This document shows, piece by piece, positions 39,510-54,900 of a stretch of DNA of 64,000 bases; positions within the stretch are counted from its first letter, which is position 1, and every line of letters starts with the position of its first letter. The stretch lies in contig CM060734.1 in NCBI GenBank assembly GCA_030704615.1, forward strand, positions 52,266,001-52,330,000, read 5' to 3'. The translations under genes and the position numbers were made by a program. The DNA is from Takakia lepidozioides. Taxonomy: Eukaryota > Plantae > Bryophyta. The notes beneath the pieces are model-generated. The model was not told where the DNA came from, searched no databases, and saw only the letters and a program-made list of their open reading frames with translations.

Positions 39510-42500
39510 ATGTTGATTGACATGGTCTCTTGGAACATCAGAGGTCTAGGGTCTGAACATGCTTCCCAGAAGCATGCCTCTGTCAAAGCAGCCCTGGCCC
39601 CCTACCTAGCCAAAAACGCAATCTGCTTCTTGCAAGAACACAAGCTGGATGCTCGGAAAATATCCTCTCTCACTGATTATCTCTGGCCTCGTGCCAACTC
39701 TCTCTGGAAACCAACCTCCTTGGGTTCCAGAGGCGGTACATCCATCCTCTTATCCCCATCCCTCTACCCCTTTCTAGTCTCAAAAAGCTCTTGGGTTCCG
39801 GGTAGGATACAATTTTGCTCCATTGACCTCCCTTCCAAAGGGGGCAGGCTAGGCCTTTTAAATGTCTACGCGCCCAACTCCCCGGCTGAGAGGGCTCAAA
39901 CTTGGGAGTCCATTGAATTAAACATGATCGCTGAAGGCTGTGGATTTCTGGATCCTGGCGGGAGACTTCAATATGGTGGATTCTCTAGCCGACAGGAGAG
40001 GCCTTGGCTCTTTCAACCCAGACGTTACAGAGACCCAACACTAGCACAACTTGACCTTAAATCACAACCTCGTTGAAGTAGAAGCAATTCACCAGGGTTC
40101 TCTCTCTCCTTCAGCCCCCATCTTCTCATGGTCAAATAATAGGGGCCTCTGGATCTCCAGATGGCAAGGCTGGATAGATTTTATGCCTCCATGGATTTCA
40201 TCCAATGGGCCCAGAGACTGCCCCAATTGCCTATCCCACCTGGGTTTGACCACGCTATGATCCAGGCCTCTTTCACAGTCCCAAACACTTTCCCCAAGGG
40301 TAAGGGCCTCTATAAGATGAACGCTTCCCTTCTTTCAATCCCTGCCTTTACCCATGGCTTGCAGATAGCATGGTCTCAGGCTGGCAATGGCTCCCAAAAC
40401 CCTACAGACAAGTTCCTCTCGAAACTAAAGGTTGTGGAGGTAGCGAGCCAGCATTTAAGTAGAGACATAGCAGCCTGTAGGAAAAAGAAAGTCAGAGCCC
40501 TTATTAAGTGCCTTTTAGTCTGTCAAAAGAAAATGGAGTCACCTCGGTGCGACGAAGAGACCTTCAATACCTACCTGGAAGCCAAGCATAATCTTCAAAT
40601 CTTCCACAACCTGCAAGAGCAAACACTTAGCTATCAGCAGGGATCAACTGGTCTTCCAAGGGAGAAAAAATGACCAAGTATTTCTTTGCTAAAACCAAGC
40701 TCAGAAAAGCATCCCAATCTATATCTGAACTCACCGATCTCTCCTCAGGTGCATCCTTCTTAGACCCTAAACCCATGGCCCGCTTCGCCACCAACCACTT
40801 TCAAGCCCTTTTCCGCAGTGATGTCCCTACTAACTCAACAGAGCATAGCGCCTGCTTGGCCAATACACCCTCCCTAGTCTCCCCTGCTGTTGTCGTTTCC
40901 CTGGAAGGACCCCTCTCTGAAGACGAACTGTCAGAGGCTTTGTCTAAACTTAAAGAGGGGAAGTGCCCAGGCTTCGATGGTATCCCAGTGGAGTTCTACA
41001 GGAAACTATGGCCTCACATCTCGGAGGACTTTCTAGCAATGTCCAACCACATCTTCCTCTCAAACCACATGCCTGCAGCAATGTCACAGGGAGTCATTAC
41101 TCTTCTATTTAAAAAAAGAGATAGAACTAGCCTGACCAACTACAAACCTATTACCCATTTGAATGTAGCGTACAAAATCATAGCAAAAGGGCTCGCACTC
41201 CGTCTTCAACCTCTTTTGCCTTCTATCATCAGACCAAGCCAATCAGGCTTCATTAAAGAGAGGTACATTATGGATAACCTACTGCTAGCCCAAGAGTTAC
41301 CCCACTACGTTCTCAAAACCCAACAGGCTATAGCCCTCCTTCTTCTTGACTTCGAAAAAGCTTTCGATAGGGTGGAGTGGCCTTTCCTCTTAGATACCCT
41401 AGCCAAGATTGGTCTGCCCCCAGCTTCTGCCAATGGGTACGCATTCTCCTGTCAGGATCAACTAGTAGAGTTATCGTTAATGGTTCGGTCTCCAAGCCTT
41501 TCTCGCTTCAGCGTTCTGTCAGACAAGGCTGCCCTCTGGCTCCCCTTCTCTTTATCATTGCAAGGGACACCTTGGGTTACATGTTGCAAGCAAATCAGCA
41601 AATCACAAGACTTAAACTCACTAGCTATATCACTAATCAGCCTACACAGATCAGGGAGGCTATGTATGTAGATGACACTTTCCTTATGCTTCAAGCAAGC
41701 CCAACCAATCTGGACAGTGCTGCCGCCACTTTATCTTCCTTCTGTGTTACCTCGGGCTTCAAAGTTAACTGGAACAAGACCTGTGCCCTTCTAGTGGGTG
41801 ATATTTCCCAATCCCTCCTGGGGCCATCACCCTCTTGGGGAACTAATATAGGTCTTTCTTGGCTACAACCGGGTCAAACGACCACCTTGCTAGGCTATAC
41901 CTTTGGGGTTGACCTCTCAGATGAACAATGCTTTGCCCCTATCTTTTCAAAGATCAAAAGAAATCTCTCTTTCTGGGGCTTAACATTCCTATCAATCACA
42001 GGTCGAGCATTGATAGCAAATCAGATGGTCTCCGCTGGCATTTGGTTCTATGCGGCATCTTGGCGCCTCTCCCGCAACCAATTCCGAGAATATAAGCCTT
42101 GCTTCGTAACTTCATCTGGGGAGCTCGCGGGGCAGGCCAAAAGGTTAGACCACAGGTCTCGTGGAAATAGATCTATCAACCGAAGAAAATGGGGGGCTTG
42201 GGAGTTCTCGACTCAGAAATCCAGATCACTGCCCTTCTTGGGAAGTGGCTCCCCAGATTCTTGGGCCCGGAAGGTTCACCAGTGGTTGGTGGAAGTTTCT
42301 AGTGGTGGGGAACCTCATGTTGGCAAGTCCCTTGAAAAAAATTCCAGATGGCAGCCTTCGCTCCGCTGGATCACACAAGGTTTCAAGCACAAATTAGTTG
42401 GCTCACTCCTCTGGTCTATAATCTGAAAGGCTTGGGCTTCAATTAGACCATTTCTCAGAAAAAAAGAGCCCGAATCTTATGAGGAAAGCCTACGACAACA

Positions 42501-43750
42501 TCTTTTTTTGAACACCAACAATCCCTCGCCAGAAGAAAGGGGTCTGGCCAAGAGATGGTCTACTTGGGAGAACAGAGGCATAACCCAACTTAAGGACCTT
42601 TGGTCACCTGCGGGTTTCCTGCAGGAGGATTCCATCTCTCCTATAGTGGGTGTGACCAGGGTCAGATCAGGGCTTCAAGTTATTATCAATTCTATTCCAC
42701 TGCATTGGATTGCAACTCTGTCGGCAGGGCCTCAAACCCCCTCCATGAACTTCTGGACTTTAGGTATCATAAATGGCCATCTCACCATTCTCCTCGTCCT
42801 TCAAGTCACTGATTCGCATCACTCTGGGTTCGCTTTCCACATTCACCCTCGTACTCTGACCCTCATTCTAATCTCCCATTCGCAATCCCTCTTCCCTCGT
42901 TTCACTCATACCCCTGATTGAATCTGCAACTAGTCCTCAAAATTCAAAGATTTTGATCCTCTCCCCCCCCCTCACTACACCTACCCTTTCCTGGCTAGCT
43001 TCAAACACATTTGTGTGGATCTCTGGTAGGCCCCTGGCTGACCTCAATCTAGACCCAAAAGAATGGGATTGGAATTTTGGCCGTTCCCCAACCCTGCTTC
43101 TCTCCTACATCCCCAAGAAAGCCTACAGGGCGCTCATCAATCCGCTTCCCCTTTCCTCCAAATGGAATGGCAAGTGGGCTCACTGGGGTTTCTCAAATGA
43201 AAACTGGGCATCGATATGGTCCTTCGATTTGGCTGAAGATTAGGCCAGCCAAAATCTCGGCTTTCCTTTGGCAAATCGCAAATAGAGCCTTCAAGGTAGG
43301 AGAGTGGTTGCAATTCCATGTCGTACTCTTGTGCTCGTGCTGTTCCTCATGAATCATCGAGACCCACGAGCATTGGCAAAATTGCACCTGTACTGCATTG
43401 GCAAAAAATTGGCCCTTAATCAAAGTCTTTTACAAACACTAGGGCCTAAACGACATCTCCCCTCTAGACCTCCTCCTCAACTACAACAGGTCCACCAGGG
43501 CAAGATCCTTCCCTTGCCCAATCTTCGAGACTCTCAAAGTTTCTACCATGTGGCATTTGTGGCGTGCTAGATGCAAATAAACTTTCAGTGATGAAACGAG
43601 TTCTACCTCGGGTTTACTGTCATTGGTTTACTAACGGAATCAAAAACAGCTTGGGCAAAATGTGTTACAGATTGCGAGAAGACCGTAGGCAAGCGTCCGC
43701 AATCCATGTTATTTTCAGATCAACGTGGGCCTGCCATGGCGTCGTTTGCC
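39510..43750 (+). pseudogene. LINE ORF2 (APE endonuclease, reverse transcriptase, zf-RVT), multiple frameshifts and stops
   Basis: VSWNIRGL, CFLQEHK, LNVYAPN, RLDRFY, KCPGFDGIPVEFY, LLDFEKAFDRVEW, SVRQGCPLAPLLF, MYVDD and PAKISAFLWQIA are spread over several frames. Confidence 0.93.
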
Positions 43751-43783
43751 AAAGAGACGAGGAAGAACCCGTGTGTTTCTTTT

Positions 43784-43918
43784 CCCCCCCTCACCGCTGG
43801 AAAAATCTCCAAGCTCCAGTGTGTTTGGAACATTTTTCCCCCCTCACCGCTGGAGAAACTTCCGAGCTCCAGTGTGTTTGGAGCATTTTCCCCCCCTCAC
43901 CGCTGGAGAAACCTCCCA
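43784..43918 (+). repeat. Tandem repeat, about 53 bp x 2.5, in the LINE 3' region
   Basis: CCCCCTCACCGCTGGA...CTCCAGTGTGTTTGGA.CATTTT starts at about 43784, 43838 and 43890. Confidence 0.85.
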
Positions 43919-45817
43919 ACTACACTCCACGGTCCACCTGCACGTCCAACACTCTCCCACGACTTGCAAGCTCATTTTTCGCTAGGATGATTTCTCGGAG
44001 ATTAGCTCCTCAATAATCTTGGCTTCATATGGCGTGTTTTTTGGAGGATGCTTTCATTATTAAGGCTTACCTTCCTTAAGTTTGCCAGTTCAATATTGCA
44101 CTTTTTTATGCATGGTTCTTTACCCCCCCTCCTCCCCCCCACTGCCTACGGTATATAATCTTTATAGTGTTGATTTTATTTTTTTTCTTCGATTTGATTA
44201 TAAAATAAGAAGTTTTAAAATAAAAATAAAAATAAAAAATAAAAATGAAAATTTCTCTTATTGAGAACATGTTTGACATATAATTCGAATATAAAGTGAA
44301 TGGCCAACACCCTTAACAAAAAACAAAAAAAACAAAAAACGAATGTGATATGTATATGTTATTTTATTTCTATATAATATTTGTAGGAAATTTTCAACTT
44401 TAAGGTTTTAGGGTGGAGCCATTACGCGACTATGCTCGTTCGAATTACCAAAAAATAATTAAAACCCTTATAGCTTGTAGGTTGCCATAAGGTTTAGTGG
44501 TGAATCTGATGAACGATATCGCCAGAACGTAAATTCTCGAGAAAAAACTCGAGAAGAATTTTTGAGACCCGGGCTTCCCCGAGAACTCATAGAAAAGATC
44601 TAGAAGCGATACAATAGAGAGAGCTCCTACCACGGAGCCCTAATGCACAAACGAGAAACAGCAGCAAGAGAGTTAAGAGCCTCGAAGAGGCATGATAGAG
44701 CAGGATATAGCCGTGGAAAAGAAGCAGAAGTAGCAAAAGTGAAATCTACGGAATTGAAGCCTAGTCTTTTGGTAGCAATCCTGACATGATTCCAATTTAT
44801 CTTGCAGCCGCAGACGAGGTCCTGCTTGCCCCAGCTAGTTTTAAAGGCGGAGATGAGAGAATACAGATCTTTGTATTTATGAAGCTCAGGGAAAGCAAAG
44901 CAAAGGCGTAAGGAGCACAGGTTCAGGATATGAACAAAGTGGTGACAGAGTATAGCTTTGCGCACGACTGTTGAGGGTGAAGAAACTGGTGGCAGATGTG
45001 GGTATTACAATTGTGGGAGCGCACGGTATCATGTGATCCAAGCAAGTTTCCTTGCAGGAGCTGGAGGTGGCTTCACAACATGAAGGTACACAAATCAGAA
45101 TATATATGCCACTACGTATGGTGGATGCATGCTATTTTGCCCTGTTTTGATGACCATACAACCTGGGATCCTTAGGGCTACTGTAACAGAGAAACACTAC
45201 ATTTGCACTGAAGAGCACAAAAACAGAACGTCCACAGTGTGCACAGAGCAAAGCATTATATCATGACAACCGGGTAGATACAAGATCACAAAGCGAGTTA
45301 CGTCACATCTAGACTATGTGCACATGTTCGATGCTATATCACCCCAAAATCTCGAGCGTTTTACATTCAATTTAGGAAACGTGATGAAGATATCTCACCA
45401 CTGTACAACCAAACAGATGAGATGTATCCACAAAACATTTTTATGTGACATCTACGTCGCTGCGAAGGCACATGCTCCAGCAGTTTTTCAATGAATACAA
45501 GCAGCGTAGCACAAGGAAGGAATCTGATACTTTAAAATACTCGCATTAGGTCGACTCCAAGCGATTTCTCCTGCATTGAAGCGTTCCAGCCGCTTAGAAC
45601 TAGCACCGCATACAATCCATCCACAGCAAAGCCAGTTACATGGTTACTACAGCGCCAACATTATGATAGCTTCCATATGACATACCACATCGGCAGTGGT
45701 CCCAAATCCAGAACTAACGCACTTTGGCCATACAAGAGTGGTCATTCACAGCATTACCGAATGCACAAAACAGGAAAGAGAAAAACCTGTGACAGTCGAA
45801 CGATATGCAACAGCACG

Positions 45818-46033
45818 CTAGTCCACTTTGGTACCACAATGCACCCCGAAGGCGAGCTGCAGCAGATAAAGTAGTACGAGAAACACTACCGCATGCACGA
45901 TGATCGACGAGAAACTGGTGCGCTGGTTGGTGAACTCCACCGGGCTCTCATCCCCAGGAATTTGCAACAGCAAGCCTGGTGACAAGGCTATGAAGAGAAC
46001 CACAGCAATAATTATGGAAACCCAATCGGCCAT
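45818..46033 (-). CDS. Small plant membrane protein, DUF3339 family (71 aa)
   Basis: MADWVSIIIAVVLFIALSPGLLLQIPG...VEFTNQRTS..SIIVHAVVF matches the family pattern MADW...LF..LSPGLL.Q.PG...F.N..TS..SI.VH. Single exon, CT microsatellite in the leader. Confidence 0.9.
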   Translation of the reverse strand: MADWVSIIIAVVLFIALSPGLLLQIPGDESPVEFTNQRTSFSSIIVHAVVFLVLLYLLQLAFGVHCGTKVD

Positions 46034-46744
46034 GATAATGGACCACAACCTCGCTTACACGGAGAGAGAGAGACAGAGAGTGAGAGAGAGAGAGTGAACT
46101 GTTGCGTGGATGAGCGGAGTCCGCAGAGGAACGGCGGTGGTGGGACTTTGTAGATGAGCAGCAGCTGTGGATTGGCACCCCGCTGCGTGGCAACCCTGCA
46201 TGACAACCTCTTCCACTTTGCCCACACGTGTCCCTGCTCAACGTGGCTTCGCCAGAAGAACCCACCACGCACCATCCAGCGGACAACTTTCCCTCGGGCT
46301 TTGGCTGGAAGCTGCCAGAAAAGCTCTGTAACTTGCCCCCTTGTCTTCTTCCACTCACTCCTGTCTCTGAACGTTGCCTTGCTCAGTGCTCAGGCTCCAT
46401 GAAAGCTGCACTAGCACAGTCGATCCCTCTCATCAACCACCGCTTCTGACTCATCTCCTCGTAATCACAAGAGGAATCCATGGACAATTAACCTTTCCGT
46501 CGTACGAGTTTGTGAGGGGTAGACGACGTGGTTGTGGCTCTGGTGAGCACTTAAGCTTTTAGGATCCGTAGATAGCTTTAACTGCGAAGCGAAGAGACAG
46601 CATTCCTTTGCAACATATACTTGGAAAAAGGGATGTTACAGTTGCAGGACTATTCTCTCTCAATTGCATATGAATGAATGCTCTGATATTCGGAGAGCAG
46701 TGCATAAGAAATTTCTAAGGTAGATTAAGGTAGATTAAGGTGGA

Positions 46745-47115
46745 TGCAAAATGGAGAATTTGTGCAGACAGAAAGAATTGAGACAAAGGCTGACACAGTA
46801 CAAAATGAAGCCATCATAGCAAAGCCAGATAGAATTCATCGATACTGTTGATTGAAAGAAGTACAAGCACACCTAGTGCTGTGTTGAGAGGATCAAAGGA
46901 AGATGGTTGCTACAATTCTGCAGACAACTAATGTGCAAAATGGCGAATTTGTGCAGACAGAAAGAATTGAGACCAAGGCTGACACAGTACAAAATGAAGC
47001 AAGTCAGATAGAACTCATCGGTGCAGTTGATTGAAAGTAGTACAAGCACACCTAGTGCTGTGTTGGGAGGATCAAAGGAAGATGGTTGCTACAATTCTGC
47101 AGACAACTAATGTGC
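46745..47115 (+). repeat. Tandem duplication, 2 copies of about 185 bp
   Basis: TGCAAAATGG.GAATTTGTGCAGACAGAAAG...CTGCAGACAACTAATG starts at 46745 and at about 46934. Confidence 0.9.
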
Positions 47116-47614
47116 ACACACCATAGGGGACATTTGCTGTGTCTACCAAACCAATCAGAAACTACTAAATACTTTCACCTGATTCCAAGAGAGGGCTGTT
47201 GATATCTTCCTAACCACAAACAGCTGTAGCAAAGCTGCATCATCCTTTGCAACCAAGATAAAGCTAAACTCTAACCTGACCTTGAGCATAGAACCGGCAG
47301 CTCCTTGCACGTGTCATGTTTATTACCCTATTGCTCAAGCAGTCCTGTAAAGAAAAAGTAATTGATAGATCACCTTATCATTTATTCAGACAATTTCATT
47401 GGACCCATGCAAACAGCCATCACTAGTTGCAGATCCACCCATAATCAGTACATTCCATCCATCTTCCAGGTAGACTTCTCAAGATGGACTTCTCAAGATT
47501 GCCAGGTACACAGTGTGACATGTACAGCAACATTTCCAACTTAAAATGTCACATGAATAACGCCACAAAAATGGGCCAAAATTTGTCTGATCGTTACAAC
47601 CTGGCAAAACAAGT

Positions 47615-49784
<2,170 letters not shown>

Positions 49785-49849
49785 GGCAACTGAAGCGGTG
49801 ACGAGAGCTCCCCCTGCAAGCACGCCCTGCCTTGCGAAAGAGAGCACGA

Positions 49850-50610
49850 AGCCTCGTGCCCTCGCTATGTCCCTTTCCTCCCTGCCGTCCGATCTAGGGC
49901 TCTCGCTGCCCTAATCGGCCATCGCACCCTGGGGAGGAAGCCCAGCAGGAAAGTTAGGTCTTCCGCCTCCGGATGAATGATCCTTGACACATATCTCATC
50001 CAAGCGGATTGGATGAGTAGTCCTTACGTTAGTAGCATCGTTAGGGTACATCAACCTCCTGCCACGTGCGAACGTTCCGTGCACCACACGGCTGATCATG
50101 CCCTTGCCTTGGAAGTTGGACAAGACTGAATCCACGACTGGATAGAGTTGGATGAATAAATGGCTAGACGGATGAATATTGCATTGGAGGAAATGGATGA
50201 ACTCTCCTGATGGTTGGGTCGGCTGAATCAATTAGATGAATGTTCTGGATTTCGGATGCATGAAAAGGAGGAATGAATTGGATGGACGATGCTTGGTGTG
50301 TCAATGAATGTGTGATGAATGAATCGTATGGTACGATTGGATGGATGGGTGATGAATGCACGAATTGGTGGATTGGATGCATGGACGGTGACTTGCATGG
50401 ATTCGAATGGATAGACGGATGGATTGATCTGTTGGATTTGTAATTTGATGTTGGGGGACCGGCTGTATGTATGGATGAATGTTGTAGATGTATGAATGGG
50501 ATGGAGGATGAGGAAGATGATCGGGTGAGAGGGTGCGATAATTAGGGTTGCAGGTGCGCAACCCCCACCCCATTCCTCGCTTGTCTCTCTCTCTCTCTCT
50601 CTCTCTCTGA
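49850..50610. promoter_or_regulatory. Putative bidirectional promoter for RPL10 and the WDR26 transcript
   Basis: Short region between divergent genes; telo-box-like TTAGGGT at about 50041 and ATTAGGGTT at 50541; (CT)n tract at 50584-50608 as in plant 5' leaders. Confidence 0.6.
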
Positions 50611-50699
50611 GTGTCATCAATCTCTCACCTCTTCTTCTTCCTCTTCCTGGGCTTTCGGGCACATCTACTGTTGCCAGAGGGTTACAATCTCTCTTGAGG

Positions 50700-51961
50700 A
50701 TGAGCATTGAATGGCCTGTGCTCTATCGGGATGTCCTGAGTCCCTCCTGTGTATGCGTCGTTTTACGTTCTTCTCACTCGCATCTCTCTCGCCTGCCGCT
50801 GGCCAGGGTTGAACTTGGTACCCTGTGATCGTCGCGTCAGGCTGTGGGATTTGGAACAAGAAAATTGTCCTCTTCATTATACAATTTTTTGTCCATTTGG
50901 TTTTGGAGTGATCTCTTGATGCGAGTTGCACATTTGAAACTGAAGCCTAGATAGATCTCCTTTGGCCTTGTCACGGCTTATCTCCCTCTTTTGCATCGTG
51001 AAGCTTGGAGTTTGAAGCTTTCGTTTCTGATCAGGTTACACTCCTTGTCTCTCTTGGTGTTTGGTGGCACGTTGTCTATGTTACTCCCTCCTGATCAGAT
51101 TTCCTTTTGCCCGTTCTTTTTCAGATGCCCTCGTTTTGCATCACCTTGTTGTCTTTCTCTCTCTGGCTCGCAGACACTTGTATGTCTCCACAATAGCTCG
51201 TGTCTCTCTTGGTGGCACAGTTTCACTTAATTGAACTGATGCTCTCGTTCCGAATTGTCTCTTACATTGCCGGCCTTGTGCTTGCCCAGATCTTTGTGTT
51301 GACATCTGGGCGTCGTTTGTCTCTTTACAAACCGCTTGTGTCATCTGTCCGGTAGACTTTAATTCCCTCTTTCGGCCAATATCTTCTCTTTGTTGTATCG
51401 GTTTCTTCATACCCCAACATTAGTGTATGCACTCACTCTTAGATCCAAGTTTCTTGAATTGTTCATCCCTCAGTCCGTCAAATTCGAACGAACCTATTTT
51501 GTCTGCTTTTGCTGTGTATTCTCTTTTCGTGTGCCCCTTTGAAGCTTTTTCTCTATGGGCGAGTGTATCGTCTTCCTTTCCAATGTCCGTCCACTTCTTG
51601 CCAGGGTGTCTCGCGGACGCCGACCTGGGAGCCCATTTCTTCACTTATTCGTCGCTCTTTGCTACTAAAATGGGGATTGTTGATACGATCGTTTTTTGAG
51701 GATGCATTGTCTTCGGTTGTCGTCTCTAAGGCTTTGCCAAGCGCCCGCTGCTGGGTGTTGTCAACCAAGTACCGTGAAATAAGTGAATCACTGCAAATCC
51801 GTGTGTGCCTACCAATTGTTAACTGTTCTACAAAGGTCTATTTTCTTACCTTATTCTGTTTGTGGGGTTTTACAGTCTTTGAGCACAGGAGGGGCAGATC
51901 TATCAATTATCTGGAAAAACTGCCCGTGCGGCGTCTACGCAATCAAAGATATATGGGCTAG
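50700..51961 (+). CDS. Predicted three-exon 104-aa upstream ORF in the WDR26 leader, unknown function
   Basis: Exons 50700-50750, 51605-51782 and 51876-51961, joined by GT-AG introns with matching phases (0 and 1) and no internal stop; TAG ends 21 nt before the WDR26 ATG. No family recognised. Confidence 0.55.
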
Positions 51962-51982
51962 CCACTGGGTTGGCGCCCTTTC

Positions 51983-54900
51983 ATGGGAGGAGACAACGAC
52001 AGCGGGCCTCCCCCCCTAAAACGATTAAAGCTCTCAACACCATCCCCAAAAGCCCTTTTGGAGGGGTCCCCAGCTGCAACCATAGCAGCAGGGTCTGGGG
52101 TGGCCCTGATGGCTAGAGATTTACCTGCAGATGATGGTGAAACCGTTGGATCTCGAGGTCAGATACGTAAGGTGGAGTTTGTTCGAATCATCACACAGGC
52201 ACTTTTTACCCTGGGCTATCAACAGGCAGCCACTGTGCTGGAACAAGAATCTGGGATTCCGCTGCAGTCACCTGTGGTGAGTGAATTTCGGGCTGAGGTG
52301 TTGGCAGGCCGGTGGGATGAAAGCATGGAGACACTGCACAAAATTGGGCATCTCGAGGAAGAGACCCTCAAGTCAGCATCATTCCTTGTATTGCAACAGA
52401 AGTTTCTGGAGTTTCTGGACCATGGTGACACCATCGGTGCACTGAAAACACTGAGAACAGAGATTTCGCCCTTGGGGATAAATACACGACGAGTGCACCA
52501 GCTAGCGAGCTTTGTTGTGTGCCCCTCACGGGAGTCTTTGTTAGAGAAAGCTGAGTGGAGGGGTGCAGGGCCTGATTCTCGGATCCGATTACTCGAAGAT
52601 TTGCAGGAACTGCTTCCGCCATCAGTTATGGTTCCTGAGAAGCGGCTGGAGCATCTGGTGGAACAGGCGCTCAATGTGCAGCGAGAAGCCTGTATTTTCC
52701 ACAACTCATTGGAGCATGCTCTCTCTCTCTACTCTGACCACCGTTGCGGTCGCGATCAGATTCCAACACAGACTCTCCAGGTATCGATACCTGGAGAGTT
52801 GATTACTTTAGTGTAGATAAGAACTGTTTGTATTTTGGGTGGTACCAGGCCTCATGTGGAAGATGGAGAAAACACTCCTTGTGTGAAATCCAGTTTATAT
52901 GTTTGTCTTTAGCAACAACTGGCAGCATGCCGTGTCGAAAGAATATCAAAGCTGTTGAGAAGGGCTATGTCTATGAAATGTGGGGCTTTGGCATCCTCCT
53001 CCTGGTTTGTTAGTGAGTGGTAAGAAGATGAGGGTTTTGTTTTATAGTCACTTTTGTCACCTGGTTTGCCTGCCCAGCTCTGCATCTCATCGTAAATCAT
53101 TTCTTGTCCTTTGAGAGAGAAGGGGGAGCCGCTCTTGTGATCCACCCTTCATTCTCTGTTGTTCTAGACTGGTAAAACCTCTTGGCTATTGGCCATGTGA
53201 TTATGTGATATTTAAGCCACGTGCCTTCTTAAATGCTCTGTACTTGTAAGTTTATGGGAACCTACTCTATTCTCATATCAGAATCAGTTTATATTGTTCT
53301 GGCCTGAGAAGGCGAACATCTGGAGTTTCTGGTGACGAAAGGACTTTTCCTTCTCTCATCTCTATCTTGCACAAACTTAGATAGTGAGATGAACTAGTAG
53401 TCTGCACATATTCTCAAGGCTGTTTGGAAGAATATCTCCTTCTGAAGTTGCTTACTGTTAATTCATCTTCAGCATTCTCGCAATCATACTTTCTGCATGC
53501 TACATTTAGTGTCTATGGGCGAAGACAGGCTATTTGACTTGAATGCAACTGCATTTACATGACCTTGAAGGTGACATAGTAGGTGCCCTATGGGGTTGAG
53601 CTGGTTTGTTCTGGGCTTCTGGTACAGACTTGGCAAGATACCTCAAAATTTTGTATTTAAGTTTTACAAATATAAATTTGAAAGCCACATTCAGATTGAA
53701 CTAATTCAAGCAGGGTTGGATATATGGGGCATTGTGCGGTTGAAAAGTGCAGGTGCTAGAATCGCATGAAAATGAAGTCTGGTTTCTGCAGTTTTCACAC
53801 GACGGTCGGTATCTAGCATCTGCATCCAAAGACTTAACAGCCATCATTTGGGAGGTTAGGATGCTATACCCTTCCCCAATCCTGGATTGCTGGGTTTGAA
53901 ACATCTGCAGGTTTAACTTAGGGTCGTACCCAGGTCAATCTCCAATCTCAGAGTCAGCAAGACTTTTGAAGATGGTAATGTTGGCTATGTGTGGCACTAT
54001 GGTTCGTCTACATTTCAGATATTGGGCATTTTTTCAGTCCGAGGTGTCATCTGTTTCCTTATTTTATCTTGAGTTACAATAACCCTACTGCCCATTTCGG
54101 TGCAAAAGTAGATCCCTTAGGAGCCTCTGTAGAAGATGAGGGTTTTCTTCACTTCTATGTAGGTAGTCACAAAAGCGAGCCTGTGGACCTACGACATGCC
54201 CTTCGTCCTGCCCTTGTCTTGAATATGCCCTTGCTTTCAAACCAGGCCATGGTGTGTTAAGGTGCTGAAATTTCCATCTACAGTACCCATTTGTAGTCAT
54301 GGGTACATTGATTCTATAACAAGGTGCTTGAACATGATCTGTCCTCTCTCTGCAGCAATATCCACATCTCGCAACCTTTTAAGTCCTTATGTAATATTGA
54401 AAATGGTACTTTTCACGGACTCTGTTGTCTTCATGTGGTGCAATTGATTGATCTTTTAGAGGCCTGTGGTGCCGAAGTGAGCACATCCCTATTGGAGCAT
54501 AAATGCAGGAATTTGATTCTATGTTCCGTGATTGCCATGTTCTTTACTCCCTTGAGCAGGCTTACAGTCCTTGTTTTTCCTTCAGAGCCCCCCAACCTAG
54601 CTTCTGGTCAGGTGGCCCTGTATTTGGTCCACAAATCTGGTAGATGATTAATGCCAATGCGTATTCAATTTATGGTCTGCCATCTGCAGATAGAATGCGT
54701 TGTGAGATCTTTACATCTTTCCTGCCTTAATAAATCCAGTCCTACCAATGGAGGGAAATCTCCATTCAAGAAACCAAGGCAGGTTGTCTGGGCGCAGGGT
54801 TTGGGCAGCTATATGGCATCCTCAACTTTGTAAAGCATATAGCTAACTGCCTAACCCTCTTTTCACCTAGACTCTTCTGAGGTTCCTGATTCTATGAACC

